Positions 48,888 through 63,960 are shown, numbered from the stretch's first letter. The stretch: 64,000 nucleotides of DNA from Eledone cirrhosa (GCA_964016885.1 OZ024745.1:37820001-37884000), one strand, 5' to 3'. Translations and numbers: made by a program. Notes: generated by a model not told the origin, from the letters alone.

Positions 48888-49699
48888 CATCTGCATCCAA
48901 TACTTTCATGAATTAACAAAACCTGCGGAAATTCTGGTGATCATATTCCTCGAAGATACTTTTTATTCAGAACTTGGAATCACCATTCCAGAGTTTTCTA
49001 CGAATGACTAAAAACTACAACACCAACACAGGAGGGGAACCAAAGGAAGACAGCGACAGGAAAGTTAAACGGAATGTTTTTATTTTTTTTATTACAGAAG
49101 AAACTGAAATATGAATCAAATTTTTCTATGAAATATATTTAATTGCTACAAAAAGGCAGAAAAAGATTCCTCTCTGGGCTATATGAATAATGTGAAGTTA
49201 TATTTGGGTAGAAATTAACATAGAGCTCAATTATGTCATAGAAAAACAATTACGCCAACTAGTAATGCTTATCGAACTTAAAAATATAATTATTCAAAAC
49301 TATGATGAGTGTAATTACATGCTCTCCCGCTAAAGCATTATCTCTGAGTCAAGCTGACAATCAAACAATAATACACGCCGATGCTCTTAAAATAGACGTG
49401 CTGACAACAACGACGACATCACATGTCATAACAAACGTTACATCGACTGCTATGTGACATTGCAATTTTATTGTCCATCAACATCAAGTTGCCATCAACG
49501 ATAGTAAATGTAATAATAGGTGGAAAAGGAAAGAGTCCAGATTATTGAAATGTATTCATAGTGAAACGTTTAAAAAAGAAAGATTAGTATAAAACTGCCG
49601 TTAAAATAGATACAGCACCTGTCACTATTAAACTAAAAACCGAATAAAATGACTTTACCCACTTTGAACGAAATTGGAGGTGAATATTTACGATAGGTT

Positions 49700-51410
49700 A
49701 ATGCCTCTATGTTTGGCAGATTAACGCGTGCCCTAATGATCTAGCATCGACTCAAAAACTTTATCCTGGTGATATTTGAAACAAAACAACTCAAATATCG
49801 GTCACGTGGTATGTTTATCCCATGCAAACAAATAGAAAACTACACTTCTCGGCACCAAAAAAGGGAAAACTATGATTGAAACGATGTTTGAAGATAGTCA
49901 AAATAGGATTCTTGATAACAAACTGGGCATTCTCAAATATTTTTGGGGAGATGTTAATAGGAAACTCTGGTATCAGAAGTGAGTTGCTGAAGGGAAAATG
50001 ATTAATATGAAATTTAGTCCAATCCAATCCTCAGTAAATATGAGGGATGAAGTAATAAATGTCATTGAGGTTCCGTATCAGAAAGAGAAAGATTCATCTG
50101 GAGAAAAATTTGGGGCGAGGAAAAAAAGTTTAAACAAGATGCAGTATGGTCACGTCGAGGGAAATCCGGAGGAACCATTTTCCTTTCCCACGTTACACCA
50201 AAATCATACAGTATCAATGGAGTTATCTTGGAAATTGTGAGAGAAAAACTTCAGGAAAAGAAAGCACCACTAAGTGGCCTAATTGCCAGGAAACGATACA
50301 AAAAGTTGAGGTAACTTATCAAATTCTATAAGCAAGGTCTCGAGAAATATATATACGAAGCTTGTTGGTATTGGCAGAAACGAGACTGATCCCTTCAAAA
50401 GAAGACTTTCACTTGGCAAAAACTGATTAAATTATTCATTAAATTTAATGTAGAAAATGTATGAACCTTGTCTGAAATAATCCATCCAAGATCACTCTGT
50501 CAATATCAATTTTATCACAGATGTGCAAGCAGCTGTGAGGAATTGGATATATGCGAAGCATCTCCTAATTAACAGAATTGAGATATCTGAGGTCTGGTGG
50601 CGAAGGAGGCACTTGGCTACACTATTGTTAGATTACAAGAAAGCATTTGTTTCTGTTCCCCGCATTTTGAATGCTAGAGGACCTTTGAATTGTTGATGTC
50701 TCAGATACCATAATCGTAGCCATAGAACATTTTTCTTTGCTCTGGGTCTCTATCGCAAACTTAAATACCGGAAAGGATTGTATTGTCTCTGATAAAATAA
50801 AACATCGTAGGGGTACATTTCAATGAGTCAATCTCTTTGTGATACTGTCTATATAAACAGTATACTCCACGGTTTTATACTGAGGAAATATGAATGGTAA
50901 GTAATTGGTTCACAAAAGGACAGAAACATTACACTTACACATTTGGTGGCGATCTAATAGTTTATACTAAGTATACAAATGATATGAAAGTAAGTGTTGA
51001 CATTGTAACGACATACCTGATAGATATAAGGATGTTATTTGGCCAGTAAAGGTGTGCTATGATTTATAAAGCGAGAGAAGACTACTAGCCAGTTTAGCAA
51101 CATCTCTATCGATGTCTTGATTGTTTCACAGGTATCTCCCGAGAAATACTAAGGTACTTAGAAGCCTACACCCGTATTTGTAACAACGACAATATAACCG
51201 TGGAATTCAACACTCGGATCAGGAAAATATGGTTTAGAACTCTCTGCGTACAATAAATCTAAGGCCCACAACAAATATTAACATTTGGACAATATGACTG
51301 GACGTTAGATGAGAACTGAGATATTGTAACGGACAAAGGAAATGTCTACATTAATAAGGACACAGACCACCTCTGCGTAAAGCGTAAACATGTCAAAGCT
51401 TTAAGTTAAA
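49700..51410 (+). mobile_element. highly decayed RLE-type (R2/R4/NeSL-like) retrotransposon RT region
   Basis: Remnants LDYKKAFVSVP (about 50627-50660), RGTFQ (about 50807) and FGQ.RCA (about 51038). Many stops. Confidence 0.6.
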
Positions 51411-51412
51411 TT

Positions 51413-51413
51413 A

Positions 51414-51492
<79 letters not shown>
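51413..51492. repeat. (CTAT)n tetranucleotide microsatellite
   Basis: Pure atct run. Confidence 0.95.
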
Positions 51493-51569
51493 ATAATACG
51501 ATTCTCGCTGAATATATATATATATATACGATATTAAACAAATGGAAACTATATTTATAAAACCATATT

Positions 51570-51633
51570 TATTTCATTATACATATTTCGGGGATACCAT
51601 ATTAAAAATATGGCATGCCTTCTTCAGATAAAA
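51570..51633 (-). ncRNA. minimal type I hammerhead ribozyme
   Basis: ttttat-CTGAAGA-stem II (atgccatatt/aatatggtat)-GAAA-tatgta-TA-atgaaa. Confidence 0.75.
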
Positions 51634-51702
51634 GTTTATATCAGTTTATATCAGTTATAAAATATTTACTTGTTGTAACCCAACAATTTTAAATAAAACT
51701 TT

Positions 51703-51788
<86 letters not shown>

Positions 51789-51791
51789 CGC

Positions 51792-51829
<38 letters not shown>

Positions 51830-51832
51830 CGC

Positions 51833-51890
<58 letters not shown>

Positions 51891-52236
51891 AAGGTTAAAC
51901 AAGGTTCAATGAATAAATCAAAGAATGTCTCTCTTTCCTTGATCAATCCTCTTTTGCTCTGTATACTTCTTCTACTAGCTATATTATCCCCTCATCTGCT
52001 TTCTCTCTGTCTTTCTTTTTTCTTTCCTCTTTCTTCAATAATTTAAATTATTTGAATCTCTAACAGTTATGTAAATTGCTGTTATGTATTTTTTAGCTTT
52101 CTCACATGCACCCTCTGTATTATATGTAAGTTTTTTCATGTCTCAATCTTAAGGTATATAAATATTGAGTTTTGTCATATATTACCATGACTGAATCTTA
52201 ACCATCTAATATGTCAGGGTATGTCATGCATCATCT

Positions 52237-52303
52237 TATTTTATCTGATGAGGACGTACTGTTGAAGTTAGCTCAGTACCTCTGAAATATGTATAATAAA
52301 ATA
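52237..52303 (+). ncRNA. minimal type I hammerhead ribozyme
   Basis: tattttat-CTGATGA-stem II (gtactg/cagtac)-GAAA-tatgta-TA-ataaaata. Confidence 0.8.
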
Positions 52304-52358
52304 TACTTGATCACAAGAATTGTCTATTTTTGTTAATATTTTGAATTAATATATATAA

Positions 52359-52451
<93 letters not shown>

Positions 52452-52667
52452 TATTTATATATATATATACAATATATTAATAAATGGAAACTATATTTAT
52501 AAAACCATATTTATTTTATTATACATATTTCAAGAGAGAGAGAGAGAGATTATATTTAATTTGTTGGGATTCAACAAGCTTTAAAATTTTTGTAAAGCAC
52601 TCAACAAATTAGTGGAGGAAATACACAATATATTAATAAATGGAAACTATATTTATAAAACCATATT

Positions 52668-52733
52668 TATTTTATTATACATATTTCAAGGGCAACCAAG
52701 GCAAATTATGGTGCGCTTTCATCAGATAAAATA
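52668..52733 (-). ncRNA. minimal type I hammerhead ribozyme
   Basis: tattttat-CTGATGA-aagcgcacc...ggttgccctt-GAAA-tatgta-TA-ataaaata. Confidence 0.75.
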
Positions 52734-52867
52734 CAGATTTGTTTTATAAATAAATATTGACATACCCGGAAAAAGACAACATTAACGGTTGGAGCTTCCA
52801 GGATGCTCCAACCGTTAAGGTTGTCTTTTTTCCGGGTATGTCAATACTTATTTATAAAACAAATCTG

Positions 52868-52933
52868 TATTTTATCTGATGAAACCGCACCATAATTTGC
52901 CTTGGTTGCCCTTGAAATATGTATAATAAAATA
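52868..52933 (+). ncRNA. minimal type I hammerhead ribozyme (inverted copy)
   Basis: tattttat-CTGATGA-aaccgcacc...ggttgccctt-GAAA-tatgta-TA-ataaaata. Confidence 0.72.
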
Positions 52934-53047
52934 AATATGGTTTTATAAATATAGTTTCCATTTATTAATATATTGTGTATTTCCTCCACTAATTTGTTGA
53001 GTGCTTTACAAAAATTTTAAAGCTTGTTGAATCCCAACAAATTAAAT

Positions 53048-53165
<118 letters not shown>

Positions 53166-53370
53166 AGTGTGTGTGTGTGTGTGAAAAGTAAACAGAAAAC
53201 AAAACAACAAAGCAAACAATATAGTACATTGAAAAATATTTTTTTTAACGCTCGATATAGATGGAACTTTCTTAAAGTTTAGATAAATTCGGTAGACATG
53301 TACATGCTGAGGGATACACTTGGCACGATGTGCAACATGCATATAAAAAGAATTATGAATTTTCACCTAC

Positions 53371-53442
53371 AGGGATGTAAGGTTCTTCACATACATAAAT
53401 GATTTCTCTTCAATCTGTTCTATTTGATTTTCTTCCAGATTC
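53371..53442 (-). CDS. LRR exon of relaxin-receptor-like LRR-GPCR (LGR type C)
   Basis: On the minus strand, tttcctctttccag acceptor and gtaggt donor bound a 72-nt phase 2-2 exon. It encodes one LRR, NLEENQIEQIEEKSFMYVKNLTSL, and joins in frame to the exon at 44924. Confidence 0.88.
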
Positions 53443-53973
53443 CTGGAAAGAGGAAATATAAAGCCATTTAGATTGTATCTCTGACAATAGAGAGTTTAGG
53501 AATATTCGTAACAACATGGGAGCTGCTATTGTTATAATGATTGAAAAGAATTTAACAATCCTGCTGAATATAGCGATTGCTTACACCTCTTATGTCACAC
53601 AATTTAAGTTGTTTGCTAGTAGTTCCAGATTTGTTGGGTTTCATGTTAAATTACAGCTTTGTCGAAATCCTTTGTATAAATTGCATGAGCTTCACTTGGT
53701 AGTTCTAGTACTTCTGGTGACCACATACAGATTCCTCATTCGCTCACATGCGTACGTTTGTACAGGTGGTTGTGTGATTGTAAATTAAAGACGACACCAT
53801 AACTATGAGAGTTTGGTGGAGTAGAAGCTGATGTACTAGCTGTAGATGAGATTATATTGGTGAATTGAGTGGAGAAATAGCTCAGATTAAAAGGAAGCCA
53901 GAGCAATATTCTGATAGTTATATATTTAAATCTCTAAGCTCTAAATTGCATTTCCATCTTTTGTACGTACGTA

Positions 53974-54043
<70 letters not shown>

Positions 54044-54455
54044 AATATAAACATACACACACACACATATATGTATACATACACACACATATACATACAT
54101 AGCTATACAATTATACACATACAAATACGTACATATCATAAACACGCACAACCAAATACAAACACACAAACACACACATATACATATATATATACACACA
54201 CATACATGTGTGTATGTGTAAAACTCAGTCTTAGATAATTCATATGAACCTTACATATACATATATATAGTAGTAAAGTAATAAAGCAACATAAGGCAAT
54301 TATTCCATTCACCAGTGGTTTCTTAAAAGCAAAAAACTTTTCCTTCAATCTTCAGAATGAAAAACATGGTCTATCCACATATACATACATATACACACAC
54401 AAATATATACATATATATATACACACGCACATACACACACATACATATATATATA

Positions 54456-54487
<32 letters not shown>

Positions 54488-54699
54488 CACACAAATATAC
54501 ATACACATACACATAGGTATGTGAAGAGCAAGGCAAAACGAATATATGGGGGGGGGGGCATAAGAAAAGGTGAAATATAAGGGGAGGTAAGGGAGAAAAA
54601 ATAAGTAAATATACAAGAGTACAGAACGTAGAATCAGCAAAATAAAAACCGTAGCAGATGTAAAGAGCAGAGAAGGAGTTCAAGGCAGTTGATTTATCA

Positions 54700-55385
54700 T
54701 AGGAGTGTCAATCCAGTTACAGATCAGATGCGATTTCAGATGAGGACAGCATCTGAAGATCTCAGTCTTTGAGTTAAGGCAAGCGGAAGTGGCTCTCAAT
54801 TTAGCAAAATCCTATACTTTTCTGTGGTACACAAAGAACAATTTTTTGTGCCCCTTTGGTACTCCCTCGAATGGTCTAATATAGACCAATCAATAGAGTA
54901 CGGGATGTTACTATCCTTGAGTTCCCACACCTTACTTGTGAGGGCCGTTGATGTTCGTTTATCGGAGTGCTTAAAAGAAGCGACATGTGAGTAAAATCTG
55001 GTTTTAAACTTGTCCTGGGTCATACCGACATATCGCTCACTCCTGGCTGGCTGGTTGTTGATTACCGGTGTTATCTTAGCCTCATAAACGACAGATTTGG
55101 TGTTACATTTACCCTGCAATGGGCATTCATCCGGCTTCCTGCAACTGCATCCTGGATTTATTCTCGTACGGTTTGAACTGGTAATTTTGGACTTCATAGA
55201 TGGGCAACAAGAGTAGCTGATCTTAACTACGTTCCTATTAAATATCTTATAATATCTATGATTAGGAGGAAAATGTTTGTTTAATAGTTCAAGGAATTTC
55301 CTTCCTACATTAGTTTTGACAGTTAGAGAGAAGAGGGGTGTGAACCAAATAATCTTCCTTTTCCTGTTATTGTGGTTAGTTTTAG
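54700..55385 (-). mobile_element. 5'-truncated Penelope-like element (GIY-YIG endonuclease)
   Basis: ORF 54796-55197: CSCRKPDECPLQGKC, VVYEAKI..YVGMT, FKTRFYSH, CSLCTTEK. Confidence 0.92.
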
Positions 55386-55503
55386 GGGGGGGGGGAGTAG
55401 GTAAATATATATATATATATATACATATATACGTATGTAAGGTTCATATGTCCCAAGGCTTTGATACCACCAACACAGAGCTGGCATATCTAAGAACTGA
55501 CTA

Positions 55504-55559
55504 ACTGCCTGATGAGGTCATAGCCATTCAATGGCTATCATCGAAATATATATAGCAGT
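55504..55559 (+). ncRNA. minimal type I hammerhead ribozyme in inverted Penelope pLTR
   Basis: actgc-CTGATGA-stem II (atagccat/atggctat)-GAAA-tatata-TA-gcagt, followed by aataaa. Confidence 0.82.
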
Positions 55560-55617
55560 AAATAAAGGATTATGAGTTGATGAAATTGACTTATGTTTCG
55601 TCACTATATATATATAT

Positions 55618-58600
55618 ATTTATTAAAATAACAGATTCAAGTTTAAGCAAATAATCGCTGCTTTCCCCCTTAACGGGATCTTCTGAAATACATACAAGCC
55701 ACTATATACGTACATACACAAGCATACGCGAAAACACTCGCGATAGGTATACAAATACACGCACGTACACACAAAAAACCCCCCAAAAATCCATACGCAC
55801 ATACAGAACCCACTCAACGCCTGTACCCGCATGCATACGAATGTATACACCTAACACACACATCATTATATATAAAAATATATATATATTAATACATATA
55901 TATGTGTGCGTGTGTGCGTGTATACATATAATTAAATAAACGTATATAAATACATAAATACGTATATAACTAGCGCTCACACACATACCTACATGCAAAT
56001 ACACATATGTTCGGAGACGTACGTCAACCAAAATACGAAGTACACATATACACACACCCTACATACGTACGAACCCGTATACTCACACAGACGCAAAACA
56101 CACGTATACACATAACCAAAAGCATATGTACCAGAATATATAATATATACGCCATAACACATACAATCATATATACATACGAGGAAGTATACGTACCTTC
56201 ATAAAACATACATTTAATATATACTTACCTATACAAATAAGTAATGGTATAAACATAACATATACTTAGCTACCACATCAAGCCGTAAAATATCCGCGTA
56301 TAGTTCGTACTATCCGTTAGGGTATAATTTGGTGCTGTAATACAGGAAAGTGTTCTGCAATTTATGTTTACAAGCCGAAATTGCCTCAGATTTTTTGTTT
56401 AAGATGTGGTCTTTGGCGTAGAGTATTTCCAGGGCCTCAGCCGCGCAAAGGTCACATGGTCTTTTATTTCCATTATACGATCTAGCCCTAGCTAGGATCT
56501 CCCAGTGTAACTTATATTGGGTGTTTTTGTCTTTTAGACTCCAGATATAAGATGAAAGTGACGTCATATTCCTTCTTAAAGGGTAACGAAAAGAATGGGT
56601 ATGCTTGTAAAGACGCTGCTTGAATCTATTGGCAGTTAACCCTATGTAGGCCCTACGGGACGTGGGTGTTTCAACCTTACATTTGTAGACAATGTTACTA
56701 GAGAGGCATTTCCCGGATAGGGGGCAGTCAACCCGATTCCTACAATTATAGTTAGTACTAACTACAGGGTTGCACGTTTTCCTACGGCTAGGTAGTTTAG
56801 CTAAATTTGAAGCTGTGATGTTATGTGCAAGGTTAGGAGTCGTTGAGTAAGACACGTTGAGTAAGACATTTTAATAGTATTTCTATAATAGTATTTCTAT
56901 AATAGTATTTCTATAATAGTATTTCTATAATAGTATTTCTATTTTACTATATTTATGTGTATGGGGAAAATGCACCATAGTAAGGGAGAGAAAGATCTTA
57001 GCTAATGGTGTGGCCACCTCCATATTATATGGTGGGTTATACCATATAATGCGTCGGGATCTATTTCTTCTAGGTGTATTCTCGTACTCTGTATATGCTA
57101 CCTTATCGACAAATCCACTTCGAGCAAGAGCTTCATTGTAATATGTGTAAATAGTCGTTGAAAATATGCTTGTTAGTAGATAGACGGGAAAGCCTCAAAT
57201 AAACGTTTCTTACCAGGTTCTTGGTTATGCTGGCAGGGTGGTTAGAACGCTTACTTATGTAATTAAGCGTATCATTTGGCTTTCTATACGGGTAATGAAA
57301 GCCATTCAATAAATTGAGGGTAACGTCGAGGTAATTAACGACCGAGAGGTTGGCCTCAACCTGTATGGAGAGGTTGAAGCCTTTAAAGAAGGCTGTGAGT
57401 TCTTTTCTGAACCTGTCGCAAGCACGTGGGTCGCACTTAGTCATGGTCAAAAGACCATCATCACGGTACAAACCACCGCCCACGTTGGGGAATTCTTCCT
57501 TGATAGAGAAAAGAAGGAAAAGGCCGATAAGATCAGTAACCTCCGCAGAATTGCTGGCGCCCATACTCACGTCGAATGGGGTACTATTGGAATTTTTAAT
57601 CCAAATAGAGTCGTCGAAATTAATCACCGACTTACGGGCATTGAGGATGACATCAACTTCGAAATCCTTAACCACTGTGAGTGTTTTAGCGAAATTGATA
57701 ACTCTAAGGAGAAGTGATAAAGTCATTGAGGAGTAATAATTATTGATGTCGAATTGGATAAAACGGCAATGTTCCTTGTTGCATATGCCGTTGAAGCAAT
57801 CAATCACCGCGAACGAATTGTTCCACAGTACAAGAGGAGCCAAACTTCTAATTTCAGGTATAATTCCATCAAGAATCATTTTACTAAGTCTACCTAAATC
57901 GGACTCCGTAGGGTTAATAAGCCGAATAGAAGGGTTGTTCGGAAAATTGGATTTGTGATCCTTCAGGGTAAAATTGGGAGAAATAGGGTCCAGAGGTTCA
58001 GTCCGGTCCAGGATATTGTGATCAGAGGTGATTTTAAACCCAGCATCGTTGATTTCATTTATGACGCCCCGATTAGTTTTACGGTAATCCTTAGTTACAG
58101 CATTATGTAGCAGTTGATGGTAAGTACTGCGCTCCACTTGATATAGATTGCCAGTTTTGCCGGAATGGACGTGCACGGCATTAGAATCCTTAATAGAACG
58201 AATTCTATTTTTCAGGTCCTGCTGGAAGGAATAGCTCCTATTTCGAAATTTGATACTCCGTATGAGTTTCAAGACATCATTTTCGAAGGGTAGCAATGCT
58301 GGGTTACTCGGAGGGTTACTATAGGTTTTAAATCCAAATTTATCCTGTTTGTTGTCTGCTTTTCCCTGATTATCGAAATAAAAGGCACGCCAACGCAACC
58401 TTTTAATGAACGCGTCTGTTTTCTGTATCAGGAGTTTTAGGTATGTTTTCCTGCTTGGTACGGATATGTTCTTTGTAGAAATATTCAGATGTTGGTTTTG
58501 CATGATGAATATAAGTCAATAGAGTGCTCAACCGAGGGAGCCAAATAGTAATAATAATAAATTTGAAGACTAAAATCCAAAGAGGGCTCGATAAGGATAA

Positions 58601-58900
58601 ATATATATCAAATATATATGAACCGTAGAGCAAATATTTATTAAAATAACAGATTCAAGTTTAAGCAAAGAATCGCTGCTTTCACCCTTAACGGGATCTT
58701 CTGAAACTAACAAAGTCAATCTGTGAACGCAGTGGCAAAGCATGGCCTCACTGGGAACGGCAGCGTCTTAAATGTAAAAGGCAACTCGCTATCACTTGGT
58801 ATAAGTGGAGTATTTGCTCTACGGTTCATATATATTTGATATATATTTATCCTTATCGAGCCCTCTTTGGATTTAAGTCTTCAATTTTATTATTATTACT
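55618..58900 (-). mobile_element. near full-length, disrupted Penelope-like element
   Basis: RT ORF 57133-58503 (FDINNYY, SMGA, YRDD) and GIY-YIG ORF 56310-56855 (IVYKC..YIGLT, CDLC). About 70-bp direct repeat at 55618-55688 and 58636-58706, and 5' inverted arms at 58545-58636 and 58812-58900. (TA)n flanks. Confidence 0.93.
56873..56942. repeat. 14-bp minisatellite x5 inside the Penelope ORF
   Basis: aatagtatttctat repeated five times. Confidence 0.9.
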
Positions 58901-60101
58901 ATATATATATATAAATCAGTGATATAGTTTATGGAGAAAATCTCTGCATTTCAATATTACTCAATGTAAAATGTAATGCATGAAAAATTGGAAAACATTA
59001 TTTTTTGTAATATATCAAATCAAAATTATATTATTAAATCTTATTCTTATTTTATTCCTTGTAAAAACTTTTTTTCAAAATATCAATTCAAAACTTGATT
59101 ATTTCATTTTTGTGTAAAGCATTATTTTCAAATTAGAAATTGAAAGTTTAATTATTTATTTTTTAACATAATAAATACATGAAAATAAATTTCATACTTT
59201 GTCCTAATGAAGAATTTCAGTGTAAACAACATTTCTTGTCTTTCTTGATTTTTTGAAGTTCCAGTCCTTGAAATAGCCATGTCCTTAAAACATGCCATGA
59301 CTGAAACATGGGTTTGTCAGATCTATACTAATAGTTTTGAAAATTTGACCTTGACCTTTGTTGATGCTCATGGCAAAGCTGGGAACGGCAGCCTCTTAAA
59401 TGTAAAAAGCAACTCGCTATCACTTGGTATAAGTGGAGTCCTTGAAATGAGAAGAGCTTGACCTTTGTAAACCCCGAATATAATGGTTGCTTCAATCAAG
59501 TTCTCATGCAATCTTGTTACAGTACATCTTGTTCCATTTATTGGCCAACATTTTCACTATGGGAGGTTTAACCCCCATTAGGGTGTCTTAATATTATTGA
59601 AATTTGCTGAGATTTTGTGAATAGGTATCATATGTACCTATGTTTTAAATTTCATATAAATCAAAGGGAAAACATTTTCAGCGGGGTTTGTGCCCCCGAG
59701 GAACCCTTTGATTAAAATGAAATATACTGGGAAATGTAGTTTCAGAATATATATGGTTATGTGGTTCTATCTCCAAAACCATTGGAGGAGTTCGTGAACA
59801 AACAAACAGAGAGGAACTACAAATTTATATATATATATATATGGAAAAAGTGAAATTACATTTCTCACACTTAGTACGGCTGATCTAGAAACTAGTTCAT
59901 CGTTCCTTTGTCAGTGTTGAAATAGGACAGCGATGGTTACAGAACACTGTATGGCTAATAAATCGGGCTGTTTGTTTACAAACCGAGCATTATAATAAAT
60001 GTTCGGTAAACCCATACGTACATATATATATGTGTGCATGTATGTATATACATACTACTGTACGTCTGTATACATATATGTATGTACGTATACATACTTA
60101 C

Positions 60102-60166
<65 letters not shown>

Positions 60167-60167
<1 letters not shown>

Positions 60168-60864
60168 AGAATAGGATTCGCTGTGTAGTTGCTAATTACG
60201 GTAGCTTAAAATGGAGTGAGAATAAGAAGAAAGCAAGAACGGGGGGGGGGGGATTTTCCTCATCAGTTGTCTACTGGGGGTCTCGCTTTCTTCTTATTCT
60301 CATTCCATTTTAAGCTACCTTAACTAGCAACTACACAGCCAATCATATCCTCCATATATTTTATCATGTTTCCCTGCGACCACTCTTCTCTCTCCTTCTA
60401 CCTAACTATTTCGTTACTATCTACTCTTACCCCTCTTTCTTCCTCTCCCTTACTCCCTCTCACTTTCACTCATCTTCTTTCTGCCAACCACCTCATTGTT
60501 TCACTCGCCTGACCCCCTAGCAGTCCTTTTCTCACTTACACTCGCTGGGGACAGACGTGTCTTTTCGCTCGCCCACACGCTCTTGAACTTAAGTTCTCTT
60601 ATCGCTGTGGTCTTGGATTTTCTTACCTTAAGTTGCTCGCACATTGTTCGGTTTGTTGTTCTTTTCGGTGTTTTCTCTTTTCTTCACTTTTCCCTTCTAT
60701 TTTCCTCCCCTCCATCCTCCGTTTTCCCAATAACTTACCCAGGTATTGAACGCCCTGTGCGGTAGATATCTTGTCTCTAAAGCGTGGAAATATTCGAGAC
60801 CCCCAGAAGACAATTGATGAGGAAATCTCCCCTCCCTTTCTTCTTATTCTCAACTCATTTTAAG

Positions 60865-60866
<2 letters not shown>
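60167..60866. mobile_element. (TA)n-flanked fold-back Penelope-pLTR-like element
   Basis: Inverted arms at 60167-60233 and 60285-60353, with a further inverted copy at 60796-60866. Truncated CTGATGA/TTGATGA cores at about 60260 (minus) and 60814 (plus). Confidence 0.6.
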
Positions 60867-60932
<66 letters not shown>

Positions 60933-63099
60933 AAAACGAAAAATCAGTGATGCATCTGGACTTAGTTTATTTCGTGTTACAAATGTTTCACCGGCATGTA
61001 GCTCGAGACATGGGCCTTGTATGGATCTGGCTGATTCTATTTCTGCGGGTTCTTTCAGGCACGGGTGTTTCGTCCGGAGTAAATTTAATCACTGGGGTGT
61101 TATCATCAAAAAACACCCTAAAAACACCCTATTTCCACTCTTGTCATGCCATTGGCTGTTTTTACTCCACGTCATCACAAGTTCTGGTCAGTATCTGCTG
61201 CCACACGGTTCATCAAGCATTTTCCGTCCGAGACATTTCGATGGAGTCATGCTGGGTTCAGTACTTCACACGTCTGCTCACACTTCAGAGTAAGCACCCA
61301 CACATACTAAAATACACACATAACACACACACACACATACATACATATACCTATTTATGAATACACACACGTACGCCTACATGCGCAGACACACACACAC
61401 CCACATACATACATCGAAGTATATATACACATACCCTCTCTCCCTCACTTCCAGGGACCCAGTCACACCGACCTGTTGATACATATCGTCACAAGCCTTC
61501 TGACGGCTGCTTACTTCGCGCTATGTATCAGTTGGGATAAGCATATCCTACTCAAACATAATACATATATACATACATACGCGCGCACCTATACATACGC
61601 CCAACCTTCTATACATTTATATATGCATACACATCTATATATACACACTCATACACACACATATATACATATACATACATATATACACACATGTGTATAC
61701 ACATATATATACACACATATACATACATACACACACATACATATATGTATACTCACACATGTCCAGACATACATACAAATACACATACGTAGATAAACAT
61801 TACCTACACACATACATACACACACACACACATATATATATATATAATATATATATAATATATATAATATATATAATATATATAATATATATATAATATA
61901 TATAATATATATAATATATATAATATATATATATAAGGGCGGTGCCCCAGCATGGCCTCAGCCGGATGGCTGAAACAGGTAAAAGAGTAAAAGAGTATAT
62001 ATATCCCCCTAATATATATACATATATATATATATATACACACACATATACACACACATGTACACATATACACACATATGCGGATATATACGGATATATA
62101 TAAAGGATATGTGATAAAGTAATACAACAAGAATAATAGTAATAAAATAAAAACCAATATTGTCCATATATAATCATCCGCACACATTCCTATGAGATGC
62201 TCATAAACACATACTTGTATGCACAAATACACATACACACATATAGAGGCCCGCCTATGCATGCACTTGCACCCACACACATATCCATATATATACCTAC
62301 ACCCACACATATATATACGCACACTTACTCACCCCCCCCCACACACACACCTACTCATACGTGGCTATACGTACTTACTCACACATACATAGATAGACAT
62401 ATATATATATATATATATTCATATATAGACACACACATACATATACACACATACACCCACATTCCGCCACAGATGTATATACATGCACATGTCTGCACAT
62501 ACAGGCACGTATAAGCTCATGCACACACGCACCCATTCCCGTGCACACGCCCCACCACCCACCCACGTATATATATATACATACATACGCATCTACACAC
62601 ACACACGTACATATACCCACACACAGGTCCACACATAAAAACACGCGAATATAAACACTATATGATAATAAAATAAAATAAATAAATAAATTTACAATAT
62701 TTTAGGGTACATTAAAATCTGTATGTAACTGCATAAATAGGTACAAGAAAGGAAGGGGTAAAATAAAGGAACGGGTAAAAAAACAAAAAAAAAAACGGGG
62801 GGGGGGGGAGGTACAGGAGAAGGTGCGTGCGTCCATGCGATATACTACATACAGGTATTATGAGATGCACATTGTGTCCGTGTATAGCACAGGTAACAGT
62901 AACAGAACAGGTGGAGAGTATATAGTCACGATTGACGTGGTACACAATAAATGTGACCTTCGTCACGGTCGCCATGGGGCATGGCACCGTGGCTGGGGTG
63001 TACTGTTCTATACGTTTAGGGCACCGGACCCGGCGGATTCCATGCTGAAAATGTACATCTTCTCTGGTGTCTGCATGTCATGATAATTTCAGACTTCAG

Positions 63100-63960
63100 G
63101 TTGACAGCGTCATCATTCAGTCTGACTATCTCCATGGCCTCGTGCAGGCACAATCGGCACTTTCTACTTCCGGCCGAATATGCCCCCCAGGGCGTATGGG
63201 GTGTCGTGGTCTTTCATGTCGCACACGAGGTCCGCTAACCTAGTGGAGTGCCTTTTGCTACGGTCTCTGAAGGAATTCGTGTGATTATACATCCGCGATT
63301 TAAAGGTCGTGGATGTTGCGCCGATGTAGGTTCGATGCGCATTTTGGGTTGTAACCACACACTTGTACATTAAGTCTTTCATTAAGCATTTTCCCTGTAG
63401 GGGGCCCTGGGTGCCCGCTCTAAAGTTGCAAGTTCTGCTGTCAGTTCTTGTGCGTCCGATGTCCGGGCCCGGATCTGTTATGGCCCTCTCAAGGTTCTCA
63501 GGCTGTTGCACCGCCGACACATTTGCCCCCCCATGCCACTACTTCCCTCTCGGTGTTAGACCATATCGCCCTCGGCGGGCGCTCTGGTCGCCTCGGGGGT
63601 CGGATCGTCATTTGAGGGCAGCTCTCTGGGTGGTTCCCCGCGCTCCGAAACATGGTCACTCTGTCGCCGCGGTTGACGGCCAGTGTGCGCCATCTTCACC
63701 GCGTTAGTTCTAGCCATGTAGTCGGCCATATTCGGTGCCGTTAAGAAGGAAAATTTCACTGTGTGGCGGTTGAAGATTTTGTGGTACTTGTTTGTCGTAG
63801 GAAAGCACTCATCCAGGGCTCGGAAGAAAAGTCCTGGCACGCTGGTGCGTACATGTTTGGAGTAAGACGCATTGGACCAGGTAACGGCCTTTGATCTGTT
63901 CCTTCGTGTGCGCGGATTCTTGTTGGTATGCCCAGGGCTCGATGTCCGTCCAGTGCTAGG
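63100..63960 (-). mobile_element. frameshifted Penelope-like element 3' region
   Basis: CFPTTNKYHKIFNRHTVKFSF..PNM (63556-63840) and PLQGKCL..LMYKC..YIGATSTTFKSRMYNH (63164-63520). Confidence 0.9.

Noticed and set aside
55650-55690. CAGAAGA-tccc/gggg-GAAA motif in the Penelope direct repeat (also 58668-58706)
   Set aside because: Its position suggests a hammerhead relic, but U4 is A and no stem I pairing was found, so it is not called as a ribozyme.
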